Shown: in pieces, positions 63,435 to 64,000 of the stretch
How the letters are laid out: each line of letters begins with the position of its first letter
How positions within the stretch are numbered: the stretch's first letter is position 1
Origin: an uncultured bacterium
GTDB lineage: Bacteria > Pseudomonadota > Gammaproteobacteria > Burkholderiales > JACQAP01
NCBI GenBank assembly: GCA_965233135.1
Contig: CBDDRM010000201.1
Coordinates: 6,580 to 70,579 of the forward strand
Reading direction: 5' to 3'
DNA: 64,000 nucleotides
Made by a program: the position numbers and the translations under genes
The notes under the pieces: generated by a model
What the model was told of the DNA's origin: nothing
Database searches by the model: none
Seen by the model: the letters and a program-made list of their open reading frames with translations, nothing else

Positions 63435-63815
63435 TCAGTGATGGCGCGTCCCGGATTCCTGGGCGAGGTCCTTGAGCACTGCCATGACTTCTTCAATCTC
63501 GCTGGATTTGTCGAAGAAATAATCAGCGCCATAGCTCAGACAGCGCTCGCGGTTCTCCGGAGTGGGAAAATTCGTGAGCATGATGATCTTTGGCGGCTGC
63601 GGAATACTCCTCACATCCTCGATCAGGTCCAGCCCGCTTCGCCTGGGCATGCGCAAGTCCAGGATGGCCACATCCGGTTCCAGCTCCTTCACCAAACTGG
63701 CCGCTTCATAGGCGTTGTCGGCCTGGGCGACGATTTCCACGCCCTCGACTTCCGCGAGCAATTCCGCGAGCCGCACGCGGATGATCGCGGAATCGTCCAC
63801 GATCAGGACGCGCAT
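63435..63815 (-). CDS. Single-domain CheY-like response regulator
   Basis: 126 aa from ATG 63815. MRVLIVDDSAIIRVRL...AILDLRMPRRSG...MLTNF...DYFFDKS. There is no clear SD, and the frame stays open upstream to the window edge, so a longer N-terminus cannot be excluded. Confidence 0.75.
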   Translation of the reverse strand: MRVLIVDDSAIIRVRLAELLAEVEGVEIVAQADNAYEAASLVKELEPDVAILDLRMPRRSGLDLIEDVRSIPQPPKIIMLTNFPTPENRERCLSYGADYFFDKSSEIEEVMAVLKDLAQESGTRHH

Positions 63816-64000
63816 AAGCAGCTGGCGCAAACCAGTCCCGGCAATAGATGCGAAAAATTTGCGTCTGGCTTCATCAAAAGTCGCCCCTCGAGCCCTTTGC
63901 TGGACCCAATCGGTCAAGTCGTTGATTTCGGGATATCGGCCTGGTTGTGCTTCGCCCCAGGCGCAAGGGGGGTTCGGCGGCGTGCAGTCTGCGACTGCCG

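Noticed and set aside
63816-64000. The reading frame upstream of the CheY-like gene stays open to the window edge
   Set aside because: Only about 60 codons of Arg/Pro/Ala-rich sequence with no motif. An open frame of this length is expected by chance at this GC content. It is flagged as a caveat on the start rather than called as a longer gene.
1-64000. Search for tRNA/rRNA genes, CRISPR arrays, IS elements, integrases, prophage or toxin-antitoxin/defence genes, and inter-gene repeated (REP-like) elements
   Set aside because: None found by eye. All intergenic regions are shorter than about 360 bp and lack cloverleaf-like or spaced direct-repeat structure. No translated ORF shows transposase, integrase, nuclease-helicase or restriction-modification motifs. 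A proper tRNAscan, Infernal or repeat search was not possible here.

Overview
This is a 64-kb, GC-rich (roughly 60 % by eye), very gene-dense chromosomal segment. Gene content and synteny point to a Betaproteobacterium: suhB divergent from trmJ-cysE-iscR, tsaB-rimI-udg, ispDF divergent from mfd, and an ~800-aa FadB'-type enzyme. That assignment is an inference. I can support 57 protein-coding genes. One (1..2345) is missing from the ORF track because it runs off the window. Another (59242..59391) is a 49-codon gene below the track cutoff. I found no rRNA or tRNA genes, no CRISPR array, and no transposase, integrase or phage genes. I also found no recognisable defence genes.

Layout by position:
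- 1-6.9 kb and 10.3-18.4 kb: two minus-strand beta-oxidation blocks. The first holds FadB', FadL, a thioesterase, an acyl-CoA ligase and an SDR. The second holds FadE, a 600-aa acyl-CoA dehydrogenase, EtfAB and a second ligase. They are separated by a translationally coupled GGDEF-EAL sensor plus a TenA/PqqC-like iron enzyme.
- 18.5-21.6 kb: a three-gene cassette of a cyclase-homology/PEGA protein, a lipoprotein and a Ser/Thr kinase.
- 21.6-29.4 kb: radA, alr, lplT, LemA-TPM-TPM, and udg-rimI-tsaB.
- 29.6-35.8 kb: an uncharacterised catabolic cluster. It has an orphan binding protein, an SDR, a hydroxyacyl dehydrogenase, a BKACE/DUF849 enzyme and two tartrate-dehydrogenase paralogs.
- 36-45.5 kb: a PAS-GGDEF-EAL protein, ompR-envZ, thpR, ispF, ispD and mfd.
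- 45.5-53.8 kb: an IscR-headed SUF operon sitting in the position normally held by the ISC operon.
- 53.9-64 kb: cysE, trmJ, suhB plus a coupled secreted unknown, a GAF-GGDEF protein, a NarL-type regulator, a tiny membrane protein, a DUF3494 ice-binding-like lipoprotein, and a CheY-like regulator with a hybrid histidine kinase.

Most of the window is ordinary core genome, and I see no compelling new mobile or defence system. The best candidates for undescribed biology, in order:
1. The cyclase/PEGA + lipoprotein + tail-anchored kinase cassette.
2. The BKACE cluster with tandem decarboxylating dehydrogenases.
3. The GGDEF-EAL + heme-oxygenase-like enzyme pair.
4. The SUF-for-ISC locus replacement, with two good IscR boxes.

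All functional calls come from motif recognition in the supplied translations. No database search was run. The ORF track takes the most upstream ATG/GTG/TTG as the start, so many starts were moved inward on the basis of Shine-Dalgarno sequences, overlaps and conserved N-termini.
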